Source: a virus (lineage: Duplodnaviria; Caudoviricetes). From it: a stretch of DNA of 38,478 nucleotides. The translations under genes were made by a program, and so were the position numbers. The DNA lies in the IMG/VR virus record IMGVR_UViG_3300012038_000025, positions 1 through 38,478 of that record; one strand, written 5' to 3'. Within the stretch, counting starts at the first letter, position 1. Every line of letters starts with the position of its first letter. A model generated the notes under the pieces. The model did not search any database, had not been told where the DNA came from, and saw only the letters and a list, made by a program, of their open reading frames with translations. Shown here piece after piece: positions 33,393-38,478 of the stretch.

Positions 33393-36108
33393 TACGGATC
33401 TCCTGTGTCAACAGCGCGTCGGCCACCGACTCGGCCCGGTCACGTTCCCACCGCGTCAACACGCGATCGAGTCGCGGGTGGAAGTCCTCTGCGTCGGCCT
33501 CCAGCGCCGCCCTAATCTGTCCCTCGAAGGCGGCCAGATGTTCGCGCACCATCCGGGCCGTCACGTCGGCCGGATCCTCGGCTGAGCCCTGCCAGGCCAG
33601 GTGCGCCCGCATGGCCGGCAGCAGGGCCTCGACGCACACGGCTTCCTGCAGGTCGGCGTACCCGCTGAGCCATGCCCGGAGCTTCTGTGGGGTGGCTTGC
33701 TTGGCTCTGGCCTGTTGGCACTCTCGGCGGGTCATGCGGCCGAGGGCGTCGACAATGAGCCCACGGTGCGCTGCCACTACGGCCAGCCGGCGCTGACGTT
33801 CACTTTCGCGCTGCTCCCGCAACTGCGCCTCGACCTGCTGCCGTTCACCCGCGAGCCGCTGGGCTTCCTGCTCAGCCGCGTCTGCGGTTTTCCTAATCAA
33901 CGCTAAGGCGGCCTCAGCCTCAAGCCGCGCGCGTGTCTCTGCCGCCTCGGTCTCAGCCAACGTCGCCCTGAGCGCCTGTTCCGAGTCGGCGTGCGCCTGT
34001 CGGGTGGCGTCCGCCTCGGCCTTGCTGGCGAGCGCCTGATCGCGTTCGTCTGCACGGGCTTGCGCCTCAGCGACCGCGGCGTGCTCGGCTTCTTCGGACA
34101 GCCGGCGCCGCAGATCCGCCTCGGCTTTCGCGCGCTCGGCGTCCTCGGCCAGCGCGGTGGCGAGCTCAGCGGCCTGACGCGCGGACAGCGCGTCCGCCTC
34201 GGCCTGTTCGGCGCGTGTCGTTAGGGCTGCCAGCCGTTGACGCTCAGCCGTGAGCGCTGTCTGCGCCTCTACGGCGAGCGCATGAGCCGCGTCGGCGTCA
34301 GCCTTGGCGCGGTCGCGTTCGGCTTCCAGGGCCGGCACGTCAACCGACTCAGCCCTCAGCGCCGATTCTGCCGTTTCCAGAGCGGCCCGCATCTCCTCAG
34401 CGAGCGCGGCCGCGGCCAGCCGGTCCTGTTCCTTCGCAGCCAGCCGTTGTTCCGCGTCGGCCTTCGCCTGCCAGGCTTCAGCCGCTCGCTGCTCGGCCTC
34501 AGCCCGTGCCCCATGCGCCGCTACACGGTCAGCTTCGAGGGTCTGGACGGAAGCGATCACGCGGTCCCGTTCCGCCGTGACGTCGGCCGCAATCTGCTCC
34601 AACGTGGCTACACGCGCCAGCAGCGCATTCGCCGCCGCCCGCGCCTGTCCTGATTCCTCGGTCGCGGCAGCGCCGTAGCCTTCAAGGTGCGCCGCTGTGA
34701 CCTGCGCCGCTTCTAGTTCGACCCGCGCCGCCGCCACCAGCGCCTCGGCACGTTCGGCCCGTGCGGTCAGTTCGTCGGCGAGCGCGCGATCGCCACCGCC
34801 GCCAGCCGGAGCCGTCGGCGTGGGAGCCGGCGTCTCGTTCTTCTTGATCTTCGACGCGACGAGTTCTTGCACGCTGCTGAGCGGGATGTTCTGTTCCTGC
34901 ACGAGATAGAGCGTGCCTTGCTCGCCATCTTGCGGGTTCATGTCTTCGAGCGCCCGCCACTCGTTCGCGTTGATAATGCCGGAGTCGCGCGCCACCTTGT
35001 AGGCGTCGTAGCGGCTCTTGATGTCACCGCGCAGGAAGGCGTTCGTGTTGTGCTTGAAGAACTGTTGCGATCGCTCCAGCGACGGGATCAGCTTGTAGTT
35101 GTATTCCTCTTCCGACAGCGTGACCCAGTTCAGGATCGGCCCCTTGTAATACTCCAGGGCTTGCTGCTCGACGGACGCATAGGACACGGCCCCAGGCTTG
35201 ATGACCCGCAACTTGTAGACCGGCATATTGAAGAACCCGGCCACCGAGCTGATCACCTGCTCCCAGAGTTCCACCGCTTGGGCGTTCTGCGGATCAACGC
35301 CCAACTTGGTGTACTTCATGTTCTCGGAAATCATCAGAAACTTGTGCGCCCGTTCAGGACCGCCGTGCTGTTCGTTGATCTGCCTCCGCAGTTCCTTACG
35401 GCGTTCGGGATCAGTCGGGGCCCCTTCGAGCAGTCCGCCGAACGTTGCGCCGTGCCCGAAGAACGCCCCGCCGAACCGCTCGACCGCGAGACCGAGTCCG
35501 ATCGCCTGCCGCGCCATCTCGATCACGGGATAGGCTGAATAGCCGTCTGGGCCGAGCCCGTGAATGTGCAGGACGTTGCGCTGGGGTAATGTGACCTGGC
35601 TCCCGTCCACTTTCGTGACGATGTAGATCAGCGCACCGCTGCGGTCTTCCTCGAGGCGCACGCGGCTGGGATGGATCGGCCAGAGTTCGATCGGCCGCTC
35701 GACGGCATCCCGCACGATCTCCGCGAACCCGCCCCAAAGTGTCAGCGCATGCGCGATGATGGTGCGGCGAAACACCATCGAGCCCATGTCGGGATTCGGC
35801 CGATCCTTCAGTAATCGGTAGAGTTTTGACGTCGTGTAGTGCTCGCTGCCGCCATTAGACAGGCGCTTGTGCAGGTTGAGCGGCAACTTGGCGACGTCTG
35901 AGCTGATTTGATTGACCGCATCGTAGACGGCCGAGAAGGTGAAGGCGGTCTCCTCAGTGACACGGACGCCGGCATAGGTCGGTGTCCCGTCGGAGAAGAA
36001 CTGGGCATTGAGCGCGGCCCAGGACGACTCCTTCAGGGTGAACGGCCCGGACCATGTGCGTAGCGCGGCCCAGAGTCGCGCGAGCCGTGACGGCGCTCTC
36101 ATCAGCAT
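33385..36108 (-). CDS. HK97-family portal protein with long C-terminal Ala/Glu-rich coiled-coil extension
   Basis: SAVYDAVNQISSDVAKLPL, LWPIHPSRV, VLHIHGLGPDG, FLRGDIKSRY, NEWRALEDMNP; start probably ATG 36108 (TAATG overlap). Confidence 0.93.
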   Translation of the reverse strand: MLMRAPSRLARLWAALRTWSGPFTLKESSWAALNAQFFSDGTPTYAGVRVTEETAFTFSAVYDAVNQISSDVAKLPLNLHKRLSNGGSEHYTTSKLYRLLKDRPNPDMGSMVFRRTIIAHALTLWGGFAEIVRDAVERPIELWPIHPSRVRLEEDRSGALIYIVTKVDGSQVTLPQRNVLHIHGLGPDGYSAYPVIEMARQAIGLGLAVERFGGAFFGHGATFGGLLEGAPTDPERRKELRRQINEQHGGPERAHKFLMISENMKYTKLGVDPQNAQAVELWEQVISSVAGFFNMPVYKLRVIKPGAVSYASVEQQALEYYKGPILNWVTLSEEEYNYKLIPSLERSQQFFKHNTNAFLRGDIKSRYDAYKVARDSGIINANEWRALEDMNPQDGEQGTLYLVQEQNIPLSSVQELVASKIKKNETPAPTPTAPAGGGGDRALADELTARAERAEALVAAARVELEAAQVTAAHLEGYGAAATEESGQARAAANALLARVATLEQIAADVTAERDRVIASVQTLEADRVAAHGARAEAEQRAAEAWQAKADAEQRLAAKEQDRLAAAALAEEMRAALETAESALRAESVDVPALEAERDRAKADADAAHALAVEAQTALTAERQRLAALTTRAEQAEADALSARQAAELATALAEDAERAKAEADLRRRLSEEAEHAAVAEAQARADERDQALASKAEADATRQAHADSEQALRATLAETEAAETRARLEAEAALALIRKTADAAEQEAQRLAGERQQVEAQLREQRESERQRRLAVVAAHRGLIVDALGRMTRRECQQARAKQATPQKLRAWLSGYADLQEAVCVEALLPAMRAHLAWQGSAEDPADVTARMVREHLAAFEGQIRAALEADAEDFHPRLDRVLTRWERDRAESVADALLTQEIRNV

Positions 36109-37916
36109 TACACCCACTCCGCGAAGACTTCGGGTCTCGTATCCGGCACGCTCGCCAGCATCTTCAGCCCCATGAGACTTGCCACGACGCCGTCAATGTG
36201 TTTGCTCGCCTGTTTCGGTTTCACGGGTCGGATCCGCTTCGCGTCGTCGGACTTGATCGCGACGTTGCCGACGTGGTTTCTCAGCACGCGGTTCGCGCCG
36301 TGGACGATGCGGCCGGACTTCGCCAGCCCTTCAAACACGTAGCAGGGCTCGGACAAGTGCGTGTAGTTCTGGAGGACTTCCAGGCACCATTCGTCGCGGC
36401 TCGCCCACTTGCGGAGCTGCGTGGCGAGGTCCGTCGCAAACGCCGGGTCATAGCCGATTACGCTCTCGCGCAGTCGGGGAAACCGCGGGGCGATCTTCGT
36501 CGTGATGTCGTCCAGAATCCGCGTGTAGTCGATCACCATGCCGGGCGTCGGCGTCACGAGGCCTTGACGCACCCAGTCCGAGTAGGGCACGCCATCGCGC
36601 GCCTCGTGCTCCCGCATGCGCTCTTCTGGAATCCAGAAGAACGGGACGGTGATCAGCCGGTAGTTCAGATTGAGCGCCTTCGGTTGTTCTTGCCCGTCCA
36701 CGGCCTCGACCTGCACGGCCGAGGCGAGCCGCTGGCGAAACGTCACCGAGAAGCACGCGAGGTCGATCTTCGCGGCCATATCCAAGCCCGCCGCACACGG
36801 CAGCGTCCGGAGCACGTCATCCGGCGGGATCGGCTCGTCTTTCGTCTGGTCCCACCAGTCGATCGGCAGCCACGACACCGCCTGATTGACCCAGCGGTTC
36901 AGGTGCCACATCAGAAAGTCGTTCAACTTCCGCGGGTCCGACTTGGCCTCGGCCGCCAGCGCCACGATTCCGTCATGCTGCACCGTCACGCCGTGGCCTG
37001 GGTTCACCCGGCGCCAGGTCTCTTCGGCGAACGGGTCATCGTCGGGCTGGCCCTCGAAGATCACCGGCAGCTCGGAGGCGTCCGTCACCGCCCCTGCGAG
37101 CACGCGCTTGGCGTAGTCGTATTCCTCGAAACAGATCCCTTCGTCGTCGTGGCCGGCGTGCGTCAGGATCAACATGACCGGCTCGAGCCGCTTGATCATC
37201 GACCGCCACAGGACTTCGTACAGATCCCGATTCTTCTGGGCGTGCATCTCGTCCATGACCACGGCGAACGGACGATACCCGTGCTTGCTGGAGGCGTCGG
37301 CGGACAGGACGATGTATTTCGAGTGAGTGTCGGTGCGCTCGATTTCGTCGCGCTTGACGAGCAGCAGTTCGCCGAGTTCCGGATCGAGCACCTTGATCCG
37401 CTCGGCCATGACGCGGGCGTTGTCGTGGACGACGCGCGCCTGTTTCATCTCCGACGCCACCGCGTAGACTTCCGCGCCTGGCTCGCCACAGCAGAAGGCC
37501 AGATAGAAGCCCAGCCCAGCGCCGAGCGGCGACTTTCCCGCACCTTTGGGCAGGAACCCGAACAGCTTGCGGAATCGCCGGAGCCCCGTTGCTGAGGACT
37601 TCCACCCGAACAGCGGACGCGCGATCAGCCATTCCTGATAGGGCATCAGCGTGAACGGCTGGCCGTCAAAGTGCCCGATGTAATGCCGAAGGTAGGCCGG
37701 GAAGAACTCGACGACGCGATCCGCCGCGGCCTGGTCGTAGTAGAACCGCCCGTCCGGTGACTCCCACCGCTTGCGGGCGCCCACCCAGACGGCCTCGAGC
37801 TCCACCGTGACACCAGGCCAGCGCTCTGTCGGCGACGACCCATTGCCCCACCAGCCCCGCGTCGGTGGCTTGCCTGACCGCTTCGCGGCCGGCCGCTCGA
37901 GGACGGCATCAGCCAC
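36108..37916 (-). CDS. terL: Terminase large subunit
   Basis: Walker A PKGAGKS, Walker B VVMDEMH, nuclease motifs GLDMA, GYDPAFA, HIDGVVA. Confidence 0.96.
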   Translation of the reverse strand: MADAVLERPAAKRSGKPPTRGWWGNGSSPTERWPGVTVELEAVWVGARKRWESPDGRFYYDQAAADRVVEFFPAYLRHYIGHFDGQPFTLMPYQEWLIARPLFGWKSSATGLRRFRKLFGFLPKGAGKSPLGAGLGFYLAFCCGEPGAEVYAVASEMKQARVVHDNARVMAERIKVLDPELGELLLVKRDEIERTDTHSKYIVLSADASSKHGYRPFAVVMDEMHAQKNRDLYEVLWRSMIKRLEPVMLILTHAGHDDEGICFEEYDYAKRVLAGAVTDASELPVIFEGQPDDDPFAEETWRRVNPGHGVTVQHDGIVALAAEAKSDPRKLNDFLMWHLNRWVNQAVSWLPIDWWDQTKDEPIPPDDVLRTLPCAAGLDMAAKIDLACFSVTFRQRLASAVQVEAVDGQEQPKALNLNYRLITVPFFWIPEERMREHEARDGVPYSDWVRQGLVTPTPGMVIDYTRILDDITTKIAPRFPRLRESVIGYDPAFATDLATQLRKWASRDEWCLEVLQNYTHLSEPCYVFEGLAKSGRIVHGANRVLRNHVGNVAIKSDDAKRIRPVKPKQASKHIDGVVASLMGLKMLASVPDTRPEVFAEWV

Positions 37917-38412
37917 GCGCGACTCCGAAGAACGCCTGACGGCTCTTAGCCTTGTCCTGCTCGGCCTTCGTCTTCGGCGGCGCCACCGTCAACGGCTTGC
38001 CAAACGGGGTCAGACAGAAGCTCTTGAGCAGCCCGTCGAGCACCTTGATCAGCCGGTCATGCCGCGTCGCTTTCGGGTGGTTCTTGACTTCCTGGTGCTC
38101 CTGGCCTGAGCCGTCGATCGTGACTTTCATCACGGTGTCGCCGTCCCTGAGCAGGTCCGCGGCCATCCGCGTTAGCGTGGCCTCCGTCCGACACAGCAGC
38201 CGGAACCCTGGCACCGTGGCCGGCACGAGCGTCCGCCGCTCGAGCGCCAACGGCGCGTACTGCCGCCAGAACCGCTGCTCCTCGGCCGTCAGATCGTCCG
38301 GTGGCAGATCCAGCCCCGCGGAATCAAACGACGCGCCGCCGTCGATCACGTTGAACTCGCGTGTTGGCTTGGGCTTACGGCCCGATCCGATCCGCGCGCC
38401 ACCGCGTCCCAT
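37909..38412 (-). CDS. terS: Terminase small subunit (P27-like)
   Basis: RGGARIGSGRKPKP, PPDDLT...W, NHP, FCLTP; directly upstream of terL. Confidence 0.85.
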   Translation of the reverse strand: MGRGGARIGSGRKPKPTREFNVIDGGASFDSAGLDLPPDDLTAEEQRFWRQYAPLALERRTLVPATVPGFRLLCRTEATLTRMAADLLRDGDTVMKVTIDGSGQEHQEVKNHPKATRHDRLIKVLDGLLKSFCLTPFGKPLTVAPPKTKAEQDKAKSRQAFFGVARG

Positions 38413-38478
38413 CAGGCGATCCCCTTTGAAAAAACGCCCGGCGGGTTTTCACTGAGACCCTTTTCAGAGCAAGGAAGG

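Overview
This window is a GC-rich segment of a tailed (siphovirus-like, HK97-type) phage or prophage; no host genes, integrase or att site are visible. Almost all genes are on the minus strand. Read from right to left they are: terminase small and large subunits, a portal with a long coiled-coil extension, prohead protease, major capsid, a ~10 kb block of about 12 glycosyltransferase/methyltransferase/radical SAM genes, head-tail and tail genes, tail chaperones with a probable -1 frameshift, tape measure, a lysis-like cluster, putative fibre/accessory genes, and a Ser-Asp-repeat protein running off the left edge. The standout is a plus-strand cassette between protease and capsid (about 30200-32201). 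It has a promoter, a stand-alone RAMP/Cas7-like gene, a small partner gene and a ~640 nt non-coding array. The array has ten units, mostly 54-64 nt, each a run of GG(C/T)NN-type pentamers closed by GGCA. This looks like an RNA-guided system with no CRISPR repeats, cas1 or cas2, whose information sits in the variable dinucleotides. Second is a 410-aa intein inserted inside the CxxxCxxC motif of a radical SAM gene, with its endonuclease overprinted in another reading frame. All calls come from reading motifs by eye; no database searches were run.
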